Assembly: GCA_032718475.1 (NCBI GenBank)
Contig: JAUCBJ010009058.1
Location: 63,847 to 127,846 of the forward strand
DNA length: 64,000 nt
Reading direction: 5' to 3'
From: Nemertoderma westbladi
Lineage: Eukaryota > Animalia > Xenacoelomorpha
The first letter of the stretch is position 1; each line of letters begins with the position of its first letter. The notes under the pieces are model-generated. The model was not told the DNA's origin. It saw only the letters and a program-made list of their open reading frames with translations, and ran no database searches. Made by a program: the position numbers and the translations under genes. Positions 35,101-47,745 of the stretch are shown here, one piece after another.

Positions 35101-38100
35101 AGATCCAAGCTATCGATGATACAGTTAACAACTTACTTGTGTTTCTACAGAGGCCCAGATCCAAGCTATTGATGATACAGTTAACATCTTACTTGTGTTT
35201 CTACAGAGACCCAGATCCAAGCTATCGATGATACAGTTAACAACTTACTTGTGTTTCTACAGAGACCCAGATCCAAGCTATCGATGATACAGTTAACAAC
35301 TTACTTGTTTGTTTCTACAGAGACCCAGATCCAAGATATCGATGATACAGTTAACAACTTACTTGTGTTTCTACAGAGACCCAGATCCAAGCTATCGATG
35401 ATACAGTTAACAACTTACTTGTGTTTCTACAGAGACCCAGATCCAAGCTATCGATGATACAGTTAACAACTTACTTGTGTTTCTACAGAGACCCAGATCC
35501 AAGCTATCGATGATACAGTTAACAACTTACTTTTTTGTTTCTACAGAGACCCAGATCCAAGCTATCGATGATACAGTTAACAACTTACTTGTGTTTCTAC
35601 AGAGACCCAGATCCAAGCTATCGATGATACAGTTAACAACTTACTTGTGTTTCTACAGAGACCCAGATCCAAGCTATCGATGATACAGTTAACAACTTAC
35701 TTGTGTTTCTACAGAGACCCAGATCCAAGCTATCGATGATACAGTTAACAACTTACTTTTTTGTTTCTACAGAGACCCAGATCCAAGCTATCGATGATAC
35801 AGTTAACAACTTACTTGTGTTTCTACAGAGACCCAGATCCAAGCTATCGATGATACAGTTAACAACTTACTTGTGTTTCTACAGAGACCCAGATCCAAGC
35901 TATCGATGATACAGTTAACAACTTACTTGTGTTTCTACAGAGACCCAGATCCAAGCTATCGATGATACAGTTAACAACTTACTTGTTTGTTTCTACAGAG
36001 ACCCAGATCCAAGATATCGATGATACAGTTAACAACTTACTTTTGTTTCTACAGAGACCCAGATCCAAGCTATCGATGATACAGTTAACAACTTACTTGT
36101 GTTTCTACAGAGACCCAGATCCAAGCTATCGATGATACAGTTAACAACTTACTTGTGTTTCTACAGAGACCCAGATCAAAGCTATCGATGATACAGTTAA
36201 CAACTTACTTGTGTTTCTACAGAGACCCAGATCCAAGCTTTCGATGATACAGTTAACAACTTACTTGTGTTTCTACAGAGACCCAGATCCAAGCTATCGA
36301 TGATACAGTTAACAACTTACTTGTGTTTCTACAGAGGCCCAGATCCAAGCTATCGATGGTACAGTTAACAACTTACTTGTGTTTCTACAGAGACCCAAAT
36401 CCAAGCTATCGATGATACCGTTAACAACTTACTTGTGTTTCTACAGAGACCCAGATCCAAGCTATCGATGATACAGTTAACAACTTACTTGAATTTCTAC
36501 AGAGGCCCAGACCCAAGCTATCGATGGTACAGTTAACAACTTACTTGTGTTTCTACAGAGACCCAAATCCAAGCTATCGATGATACAGTTAACAACTTAC
36601 TTGTGTTTCTACAGAGACCCAGATCCAAGCTTTCGATGATACAGTTAACAACTTACTTGTGTTTCTACAGAGACCCAGATCCAAGCTTTCGATGATACAG
36701 TTAACAACTTACTTGTGTTTCTACAGAGACCCAGATCCAAGATATCGATGGTACAGTTAACAACTTACTTGTGTTTCTACAGAGACCCAAATCCAAGCTA
36801 TCGATGATACAGTTAACAACTTACTTGTGTTTCTACAGAGACCCAGATCAAAGCTATCGATGATACAGTTAACAACTTACTTGTGTTTCTACAGAGACCC
36901 AGATCCAAGCTTTCGATGATACAGTTAACAACTTACTTGTGTTTCTACAGAGACCCAGATCCAAGCTATCGATGATACAGTTAACAACTTACTTGAATTT
37001 CTACAGAGGCCCAGACCCAAGCTATCGATGGTACAGTTAACAACTTACTTGTGTTTCTACAGAGACCCAAATCCAAGCTATCGATGATACAGTTAACAAC
37101 TTACTTGTGTTTCTACAGAGACCCAAATCCAAGCTATCGATGATACAGTTAACAACTTACTTGTGTTTCTACAGAGACCCAGATCCAAGATATCGATGAA
37201 ACAGTTAACAACTTACTTGTGTTTCTACAGAGACCCAGATCCAAGCTATCGATGATACAGTTAACAACTTACTTGTGTTTCTACAGAGATCCAGATCCAA
37301 GCTTTCGATGATACAGTTAACAACTTACTTGTGTTTCTACAGAGACCCAGATCCAAGCTATCGATGGTACAGTTAACAACTTACTTGTGTTTCTACAGAG
37401 ACCCAAATCCAAGCTATCGATGATACAGTTAACAACTTACTTGTGTTTCTACAGAGACCCAGATCAAAGCTATCGATGATACAGTTAACAACTTACTTGT
37501 GTTTCTACAGAGACCCAGATCCAAGCTTTCGATGATACAGTTAACAACTTACTTGTGTTTCTACAGAGACCCAGATCCAAGCTATCGATGATACAGTTAA
37601 CAACTTACTTGAATTTCTACAGAGGCCCAGACCCAAGCTATCGATGGTACAGTTAACAACTTACTTGTGTTTCTACAGAGACCCAAATCCAAGCTATCGA
37701 TGATACAGTTAACAACTTACTTGTGTTTCTACAGAGACCCAGATCAAAGCTATCGATGATACAGTTAACAACTTACTTGTGTTTCTACAGAGACCCAGAT
37801 CCAAGCTTTCGATGATACAGTTAACAACTTACTTGTGTTTCTACAGAGACCCAGATCCAAGCTATCGATGATACAGTTAACAACTTACTTGAATTTCTAC
37901 AGAGGCCCAGACCCAAGCTATCGATGGTACAGTTAACAACTTACTTGTGTTTCTACAGAGGCCCAGATCCAAGCTATCGATGATACAGTTAACAACTTAC
38001 TTGTGTTTCTACAGAGACCCAGATCCAAGCTATCGATGATACAGTTAACAACTTACTTGAATTTCTACAGAGGCCCAGACCCAAGCTATCGATGGTACAG

Positions 38101-41100
38101 TTAACAACTTAATTGTGTTTCTACAGAGACCCAAATCCAAGCTATCGATGATACAGTTAACAACTTACTTGTGTTTCTACAGAGACCCAAATCCAAGCTA
38201 TCGATGATACAGTTAACAACTTACTTGTGTTTCTACAGAGACCCAGATCCAAGATATCGATGATACAGTTAACAACTTACTTGTGTTTCTACAGAGACCC
38301 AGATCCAAGCTATCGATGGTACAGTTAACAACTTACTTGTGTTTCTACAGAGACCCAGATCCAAGCTTTCGATGATACAGTTAACAACTTACTTGTGTTT
38401 CTACAGAGACCCAGATCCAAGCTATCGATGGTACAGTTAACAACTTACTTGTGTTTCTACAGAGACCCAAATCCAAGCTATCGATGATACAGTTAACAAC
38501 TTACTTGTGTTTCTACAGAGACCCAGATCAAAGCTATCGATGATACAGTTAACAACTTACTTGTGTTTCTACAGAGACCCAGATCCAAGCTTTCGATGAT
38601 ACAGTTAACAACTTACTTGTGTTTCTACAGAGACCCAGATCCAAGCTATCGATGATACAGTTAACAACTTACTTGAATTTCTACAGAGGCCCAGACCCAA
38701 GCTATCGATGGTACAGTTAACAACTTACTTGTGTTTCTACAGAGACCCAAATCCAAGCTATCGATGATACAGTTAACAACTTACTTGTGTTTCTACAGAG
38801 ACCCAGATCAAAGCTATCGATGATACAGTTAACAACTTACTTGTGTTTCTACAGAGACCCAGATCCAAGCTTTCGATGATACAGTTAACAACTTACTTGT
38901 GTTTCTACAGAGACCCAGATCCAAGCTATCGATGATACAGTTAACAACTTACTTGAATTTCTACAGAGGCCCAGACCCAAGCTATCGATGGTACAGTTAA
39001 CAACTTACTTGTGTTTCTACAGAGGCCCAGATCCAAGCTATCGATGATACAGTTAACAACTTACTTGTGTTTCTACAGAGACCCAGATCCAAGCTATCGA
39101 TGATACAGTTAACAACTTACTTGTGTTTCTACAGAGACCCAGATCCAAGCTATCGATGATACAGTACAGAGGCCAAGATCCAAGCTATCGATGATACAGT
39201 TAACAACTTACTTGTGTTTCTATAGAGACCCAGATCCAAGCTATCGATGATACCGTTAACAACTTACTTGCGTTTCTACAGAGACCCAGATCCAAGATAT
39301 CGATGATACAGTTAACAACTTACTTGTGTTTCTACAGAGACCCAGATCCAAGCTATCGATGATACAGTTAACAACTTACTTTTTTGTTTCTACAGAGACC
39401 CAGATCCAAGCTATCGATGATACAGTTAACAACTTACTTGTTTGTTTCTACAGAGACCCAGATCCAAGATATCGATGATACAGTTAACAACTTACTTGTG
39501 TTTCTACAGAGACCCAGATCCAAGCTATCGATGATACAGTTAACAACTTACTTGTGTTTCTACAGAGACCCAGATCCAAGCTATCGATGATACAGTTAAC
39601 AACTTACTTGTGTTTCTACAGAGACCCAGATCCAAGCTATCGATGATACAGTTAACAACTTACTTTTTTGTTTCTACAGAGACCCAGATCCAAGCTATCG
39701 ATGATACAGTTAACAACTTACTTGAATTTCTACAGAGGCCCAGACCCAAGCTATCGATGGTACAGTTAACAACTTACTTGTGTTTCTACAGAGACCCAGA
39801 CCCAAGCTATCGATGATACAGTTAACAACTTACTTGTGTTTCTACAGAGACCCAGATCCAAGCTATCGATGATACAGTTAACAACTTACTTGAATTTCTA
39901 CAGAGGCCCAGACCCAAGCTATCGATGGTACAGTTAACAACTTACTTGTGTTTCTACAGAGACCCAGACCCAAGCTATCGATGATACAGTTAACAACTTA
40001 CTTGTGTTTCTACAGAGACCCAGATCCAAGCTATCGATGATACAGTTAACAACTTACTTGAATTTCTACAGAGGCCCAGACCCAAGCTATCGATGGTACA
40101 GTTAACAACTTACTTGTGTTTCTACAGAGACCCAGATCCAAGATATTGATGATACAGTTAACAACTTACTTGTGTTTCTACAGAGACCCAGATCCAAGCT
40201 ATCGATGATACAGTTAACAACTTACTTGAATTTCTACAGAGGCCCAGACCCAAGCTATCGATGGTACAGTTAACAACTTACTTGTGTTTCTACAGAGACC
40301 CAAATCCAAGCTATCGATGATACAGTTAACAACTTACTTGTGTTTCTACAGAGACCCAAATCCAAGCTATCGATGATACAGTTAACAACTTACTTGTGTT
40401 TCTACAGAGACCCAGATCCAAGATATCGATGATACAGTTAACAACTTACTTGTGTTTCTACAGAGACCCAAATCCAAGCTATCGATGATACAGTTAACAA
40501 CTTACTTGTGTTTCTACAGAGACCCAGATCAAAGCTATCGATGATACAGTTAACAACTTACTTGTGTTTCTACAGAGACCCAGATCCAAGCTTTCGATGA
40601 TACAGTTAACAACTTACTTGTGTTTCTACAGAGACCCAGATCCAAGCTATCGATGATACAGTTAACAACTTACTTGAATTTCTACAGAGGCCCAGACCCA
40701 AGCTATCGATGGTACAGTTAACAACTTACTTGTGTTTCTACAGAGACCCAGATCCAAGCTATCGATGATACAGTTAACAACTTACTTGAATTTCTACAGA
40801 GGCCCAGATCCAAGCTTTCGATGATACAGTTAACAACTTACTTGTGTTTCTACAGAGACCCAGATCCAAGCTATCGATGGTACAGTTAACAACTTACTTG
40901 TGTTTCTACAGAGACCCAAATCCAAGCTATCGATGATACAGTTAACAACTTACTTGTGTTTCTACAGAGACCCAGATCAAAGCTATCGATGATACAGTTA
41001 ACAACTTACTTGTGTTTCTACAGAGACCCAGATCCAAGCTTTCGATGATACAGTTAACAACTTACTTGTGTTTCTACAGAGACCCAGATCCAAGCTATCG

Positions 41101-42907
41101 ATGATACAGTTAACAACTTACTTGAATTTCTACAGAGGCCCAGACCCAAGCTATCGATGGTACAGTTAACAACTTACTTGAATTTCTACAGAGGCCCAGA
41201 CCCAAGCTATCGATGGTACAGTTAACAACTTACTTGTGTTTCTACAGAGACCCAGACCCAAGCTATCGATGATACAGTTAACAACTTACTTGTGTTTCTA
41301 CAGAGACCCAGATCCAAGCTATCGATGATACAGTTAACAACTTACTTGTGTTTCTACAGAGACCCAGATCCNNNNNNNNNNNNNNNNNNNNNNNNNNNNN
41401 NNNNNNNNNNNNNNNNNNNNNNNNNNNNNNNNNNNNNNNNNNNNNNNNNNNNNNNNNNNNNNNNNNNNNNNACCCATATCCAAGCTATCGATGATACCGT
41501 TAACAACTTACTTGTGTTTCTACAGAGACCCAGATCCAAGCTATCGATGATACAGTTAACAACTTACTTGTGTTTCTACAGAGACCCATATCCAAGCTAT
41601 CGATGATACCGTTAACAACTTACTTGTGTTTCTACAGAGACCCAGATCGAAGCTATCGATGATACAGTTAACAACTTACTTGTGTTTCTACAGAGACCCA
41701 GACCCAAGCTATCGATGATACAGTTAACATCTTACTTGTGTTTCTACAGAGACCCAGATCCAAGCTATCGATGATACAGTTAACAACTTACTTGTGTTTC
41801 TACAGAGACCCAGACCCAAGCTATCGATGATACAGTACAGAGACCCAGATCCAAGCTATCGATGATACAGTTAACAACTTACTTGTGTTTCTACAGAGGC
41901 CCAGATCCAAGCTATCGATAATACAGTACAGAGACCCAGATCCAAGCTATCGATGGTACAGTTAACAACTTACTTGTGTTTCTACAGAGGCCCAGACCCA
42001 AGATATCGATAATACAGTACAGAGACCCAGATCCAAGCTATCGATGATACAGTTAACAACTTACTTGTGTTTCTACAGAGACCCAGATCCAAACTATCGA
42101 TAATACAGTTAACAACTTACTTGTGTTTCTACAGAGACCCAGATCCAAGCTATCGATGATACAGTTAACAACTTACTTGTGTTTCTACAGAGGCCCAGAT
42201 CCAAGCTATCGATGATACAGTTAACAACTTACTTGTGTTTCTACAGAGACCCAGATCCAAGCTATCGATGATACAGTTAACTACTTACTTGTGTTTCTAC
42301 AGAGACCCAGATCCAAGCTATCGATGATACAGTTAACAACTTACTTGTGTTTGTTTCTACATAGACCCAGATCAAAGCTATCGATGATACAGTTAACAAC
42401 TTACTTGTGTTTCTACAGAGACCCAGATCCAAGCTATCGATGATACAGTTAACAACTTACTTGTGTTTCTACAGAGGCCCAGATCCAAGCTATCGATGAT
42501 ACAGTTAACAACTTACTTGTGTTTGTTTCTACATAGACCCAGATCAAAGCTATCGATGATACAGTCAACAACTTACTTGTGTTTCTACAGAGACCCAGAT
42601 CCAAGCTATCGATGATACAGTTAACAACTTACTTGTGTTTCTACAGAGACCCAGATCCAAGCTATCGATGATACAGTTAACAACTTACTTGTGTTTCTAC
42701 AGAGACCCAGATCCAAGCTATCGATGATACAGTTAACAACTTACTTGTGTTTCTACAGAGACCCAGATCCAAGCTATTGATGATACAGTTAACAACTTAC
42801 TTGTGTTTCTACAGAGACCCAAATCCAAGCTATCGATGATACAGTTAACAACTTACTTGTGTTTCTACAGAGACCCAGATCCAAGCTATCGATGATACAG
42901 TTAACAA
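23114..42907. repeat. 56-bp satellite, main block (about 350 assembled copies, plus an assembly gap) with higher-order repeats
   Basis: Same monomer as 2233-4892; resumes in register after the TSD. The last unit is the coding end of ABCG exon 42857-42962. Confidence 0.98.
41372..41471. other. Assembly gap (100 N) inside the satellite; true array length unknown
   Basis: Run of N. Confidence 0.99.
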
Positions 42908-42962
42908 TCGCTTCTTTCTCAGATACTTTGAGAGAATCTGATAGGCGTAAATGAGCCGTATA
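42857..42962 (-). CDS. ABCG: ABCG transporter exon (3rd): YTAHLRLSDSLKVSEKEAIVNCIIDSLDLGLCRNT
   Basis: ttcttag| acceptor, first |gtaagt donor; 106 bp, phase 0 to 1, matching both neighbouring exons. Fits the ABCG pattern A.LRL......K...V..II..L.L..C..T.IG. Confidence 0.92.
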
Positions 42963-43674
42963 CTAAGAAAGGAAACAATAAGATATAATTGAATAAACTC
43001 ATCTACATTGACGTATATGTTGTGGGTACTGCTTTTACAGCTAACTACCTCAAATTTAGTATTAAATTAATTGATTGATTAAATCTAATTGATTAAATTA
43101 TTAAATTAAATAAGTAAATTAAGTTTACAAACTCAACTAAAATTATTTTGTTACATTATGTCAACTTAACAGCGTTCTGGTGAATTACTCGTAACGCTGC
43201 AAAGTCTACTTTGCAGCGTTGCGGTCTATAGGCGTTGCGGCCTATACGGCTTACCGTATTCCAGAATATATTATTTCCATTTATGTTAATGAGTGCTGCT
43301 TTATTATCCAGTTTGCAGTGACGGGACTAGCTACTGTATGTAAATAATTGTTTAACGTGTACATCCATTATGGCGAGAAGACACTTTTGAGAAAATGACC
43401 AAAGAAAATGGCGACTGTGTTCAGTGAAACTAGACAGTGACTAAGTTTGCTTCAGTCGACTGTTTATAGTCAAGATGGATTAATGATTTATCACATCCAA
43501 GCAGGAGATAACTTACAATAAACTTTAATTAGATTTAAATGAATAATTAATACTGTGTACCTGTTAAAATTTCACTTATATTTGATATAGTACATGATTA
43601 AAATGTATAAATGAATATCCATAAAATCCTTTCTTCACATACCGAACTCTGATAAGTTGACATAATGTAACAAA

Positions 43675-44570
43675 AAGAGTTATCAAAAAAGAAAGACAGG
43701 CATCTGGCTGTTATCTTTGTTGACTTCTACAAGGCCTTTGATTCAGTCTCTCGCTCAAGTATGTTCAGCATACTTTCATTATATGGGATTCCTGATGAAA
43801 TTATTGTAGCAATCAGATCAGTATACGATGGTTCGATAACATTTGTGTCTACTGTTGACGGTGACACATAACCATTTGAAGTGTTATGGGGCGTCCTCCA
43901 GGGAGACACACTTGCACCATTCTTGTTCATAATTGTGGTTGACTATGTTCTTCGCATGTCCTTAGATCATCATCATGATGATGGGGTGATGATAACTCCA
44001 CCTACTGGCTCCAGAAGTCGAGGAAATCCTGCCAAGTACCTAACTGATCTAGACTTTGCTGATGACCTAGGAGTACTCTCAGAATCACTAGAGGGAGCCC
44101 AACGGCTCCTCAGCTCATTAGAACATGCTGCTTCTAGTGTTGGTCTTTTTATTAACTCTAGAAAGACCAAAATTTTGACAGTTAACTTTGAAAGTCCCCA
44201 GCAAGTCTCTGACCGGATGAGCATAAGCTCAAATGATGGTATGCTTGAGCATGTGGACGACTTTGCTTTGACTTTACTTTGCTTGAGCATGTGGACGACG
44301 ACGCCTCTGCTTTGCAGGACATTGCTTTCGCCGTGAGGACCAGCCAGGGCATAATCTTGTACTTTGGCAGCCTCATGGAGTGAATAAGCATGGTGGACAG
44401 CCCATGACTTTCTTGAGACGCATCTTAAAGGACACTGGCCTTGAAGATGCGGATGATCTAGCAAATGTCATGGGTGATTGGGAGTTGTGGCGGCGCAATT
44501 TTGTCGAGAAGCCGGCACAGCATTCTTAAAATTCAGCTGCAATGCAGCATGCCGATCCTAGTAGTAGTAG
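43675..44570 (+). mobile_element. RTE-type non-LTR retrotransposon, 5'-truncated, internally deleted copy with (TAG)n tail
   Basis: Highly similar to 48073-49266; GVLQGDTLAP and DFADD motifs; in-frame stop near 43868; rearranged junction near 44262-44305; ends GCCGATCCTAGTAGTAGTAG. Confidence 0.9.
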
Positions 44571-44696
44571 TGTACCGCAACGGTAATGTGCCAGTGACCA
44601 AGGCTACCTAAAATACATTAGTTATCATAGGGAGGCGTTCATAAAGTATGTCACGCAAATTTTCGCGATTGTTGACCCCCCATTAAAGCATTTAAA

Positions 44697-44810
44697 GGGA
44701 GTCCGGACAATTACGACCCGGACAATTGCGACCCGGACAATTGCGACACGGAGAATTGCGACCCATCAATTTTTTTCTAAAATCGCAATTGACCGGGTCG
44801 CAATTGTACA
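44697..44810. repeat. Short (CGGACAATTGCGACC)n sub-repeats, probable end of a non-autonomous DNA transposon
   Basis: Four tandem units of about 15 bp plus one inverted unit. Confidence 0.5.
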
Positions 44811-45345
44811 AACAGCTATAAGGTAGGATAATAATTGCGGTGTAACTGATGTAATATCGCTGGAGACACTTTTTTTAAACGCTTGTAGCTAAAGATTGAA
44901 AACAAAAATAAAAATCCTGGCTCACCCAGTCAGTGGTCGGGAGGAGAAACTATCTCTGTCTCAAATTTCATGCAATCTCATTAAGATTTGTAGAAAAATT
45001 AGGGGGGGGGGGGCGTGTCACCGAACTACGACACTCTGGGACATGGTGTATTTGAGTGTTTCTATTCAAAAATTGCTCATCATTTTATTAATTAAACGAT
45101 ATTATGATATGTTAATTACGACATATAAAGTTTCGGAATATTAATGTCTACCTAAGTTGTATTATTCGATTCAGTACAATGCTGAACAATTAAGTTAAAT
45201 GTTAAAGTATATTATTAAAATGTACTATAAAATGAACAATGTCCACAGAAATGACAACAAAGTCCTTAGCAACATCAACTCATTCCCTTTCTCTTCTCTA
45301 ACGTTTAGGTAATGTAACAACACCAACTCATTCCCTTTCTCTTCT

Positions 45346-46009
45346 CTAACGTTTAGGTAATGTTTTCTTGTTGTGTGAAACCATTTTCATGAACTCCCAT
45401 CCTGTCATCTCTGCTCGTTTTTGAGACTTGGCTGGATTGGTGCTAGTCTTTGCTTCACTATTTTCTCGAATTCTGGTACCGGTACTTATTCCTCGAATAT
45501 TTTTATCCTAAATAAAATAATAAAAAAAAGAACCAAATAATTTTAGTTACAATATGATCTCACCTACCAATTATGTAGCTATATATAATTCTAAATAATT
45601 GTGACTAATGTAATCTTATACTAAAAAATAAGTCTAGTAAACCAATCAGAATATAATTATAATGACATGGAGGTCCCATAATAAATTAGAAACGATAATA
45701 AATAATTCCCAAATGAATATTTAATCTGACCTTCACTCCGCCACTCGGTCTACCTCTAACGTTCGACCCTCTCCTTTTCGACTTCCCCTTTCCTTTCTTC
45801 CCCTTTCCTCTTCGACTCTTTGACTTACTTCCTTTACCTCGGCGACTCCTTGACCTGCTCTTCTTTCCCTTATTACTTCCCTTTCTCGTCGTTCGTCTCC
45901 TTTTCTCCATTTCTTTCTTGCTTGTTTCCCCCCGATCGTCAACTAAACCCGAACCCGGCACTTCAACCTGCTCCGCTCCATAATTGTCACTGTCTGCGCT
46001 CGCAGCCAT
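45346..46009 (-). CDS. Candidate nested two-exon gene (46009-45731 and 45507-45346) for a 146-aa K/R/S/G-rich protamine-like basic protein
   Basis: ATG with TATAAA about 80 bp upstream; 93 codons ending AAG|gtcaga; T-rich ...ttatttag| acceptor; exon 2 stays open in phase 0 for 53 codons to TAG (DKNIRGISTG...KKTLPKR*). Confidence 0.62.
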
Positions 46010-46244
46010 TAATATGGAAGTAAATGGTAGGCCTATCTAGATCAGATCCTTTTACAATGACACACTAATTACTGTAAGCTGTTAAATTTATATAAAATTA
46101 CATTTGCGTTTTGTGGAAACTAAAAAAATTAAATTCTAGAATTCTGTTGCTAAAGCTAAAGCAGACAATATTTTACCAATTTCTTTATGATTCGATATTC
46201 CTACATGAACGGTATAGTGTTTATTAATAAATTTAGCGGGAATG

Positions 46245-46749
46245 ATTTTACAATCACTCCCGCTAAATTACAATCATTCCCGCTAAATTACAATCATTCC
46301 CGCTAAATTACAATCATTCCCGCTAAATTACAATCATTCCCGCTAAATTACAATCATTCCCGCTAAATTACAATCATTCCCGCTAAATTACAATCATTCC
46401 CGCTAAATTACAATCATGCCCGCTAAATTACAATCATGCCCGCTAAATTACAATCATTCCCGCTAAATTACAATCATTCCCGCTTAATTACAATCATTCC
46501 CGCTAAATTACAGTCATTCCCGCTAAATTACAATCATTCCCGCTAAATTACAATCATTCCCGCTAAATTACAATCATTCCCGCTAAATTACAATCATGCC
46601 CGCTAAATTACAATCATTCCCGCTAAATTACAATCATTCCCGCTAAATTACAATCATTCCCGCTAAATTACAATCATTCCCGCTAAATTACAATCATTCC
46701 CGCTAAATTACAATCATGCCCGCTAAATTACAATCATGCCCGCTAAATT
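46245..46749. repeat. 20-bp minisatellite (CAATCATTCCCGCTAAATTA)n, about 25 copies
   Basis: Tandem copies seen directly; one inverted unit (AATTTAGCGGGAATGATT) immediately precedes the array. Confidence 0.96.
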
Positions 46750-46806
46750 GCTAAAGTACTACATCATGTCCCAGAATATAGTGTCGTAATTCAGTGACAC
46801 GGCCGG

Positions 46807-47203
46807 TGCACAAGGCTGAGATAACTCCCTCTTGAAATGAATCCCCAGTCGTCTCAGCCTAGGCTGATAGCACTCCCTAGTTATCTTAGCCTAGGCTGCT
46901 AACACTCCCCTTAGGCTGATAACACTCCCCTTAGGCTAAGATGACTCCCCTTAGGCTGAGATGACTCCCCTAATTGGGTTATAATTCTTATCCGTACCTG
47001 TGTTATTTTCGTATATTGCAAAAATAAAACTGTATCCTATGTTATTGAGATATCGTTTATTGTTTTGGTTAGAAAAGCCCGCCACTGCAACCTGCTCCTT
47101 GCCGTTAATTAAGAAATCTAGCGAGAAAACTGGGGAGTGTTCTCAGCCTAGGCTGAGAAGACTGGGGAGTCATATTTGGCGGGGAGTTATCTCAGCCTGT
47201 TAC
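46807..47203. mobile_element. MITE-like element with repetitive inverted ends
   Basis: AGGCTGAGATAACTCCCC at the left and GGGGAGTTATCTCAGCCT at the right, with internal sub-repeats of the same motif. Confidence 0.6.
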
Positions 47204-47745
47204 AACCCCCCCCCCCCCCCCCCCCCCAAGTCAAGTCAAGTGTAAATCTATATTAATAACAGATATTACAGAGTCGGAGTCTATGGAAACCGCTATTTAA
47301 TAGCTCTTTTAGTTTTCAAGTTATAACAATTTCCATTTAGGGAATCCAATTGAAATTACTATGTATATTGAAAGGTCGATTATTTCCAAATGATTTTTAT
47401 AGAGTTGTATCGTGATCAGCGACCTTTAAAACCAGTATAGCTTCAGAATTACCAAACCAAAGGCAAAAATAATAAAAACAATTTATATAGCGCCAAATTT
47501 ACATAGGAATACTCTATGGCGCTGAAACAACAGTATCGTACACATTACGTAGTCAAACAACTTAGAATAAAATAAACTATAACTAAAATTTTGTAAAACA
47601 AGTTTAACAATTCTGTTAAAATATTCGGTTCAGTTAAAACAATTCCGAATTCAGTTAGAACAAGCTCTGGTCTGTACGAACAGTAGGAATAAGATATGAT
47701 ATAATAAATCACGAGTACCAGTTAAATAACTGGGAGCAAAACAAG

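Noticed and set aside
2806-41606. Dozens of 67-104-aa plus-strand ORFs (MFLQRPRSKLSMIQLTT...)
   Set aside because: Translations of the 56-bp satellite that open where small indels shift the frame; no ATG starts and no independent coding signal.
23114-42856. The plus strand of the 56-mer resembles a 3' splice site (TTAAC...TTGTGTTTCTACAG)
   Set aside because: No plus-strand gene is evident, and the monomer is fully explained as the minus-strand ABCG exon end. There is also no AG|GT recursive-splice motif on the minus strand.
44559-44571. TAGTAGTAGTAGT resembling the Polinton terminus AGTAGT
   Set aside because: It is the (TAG)n tail of the RTE copy; no TIR sequence follows.
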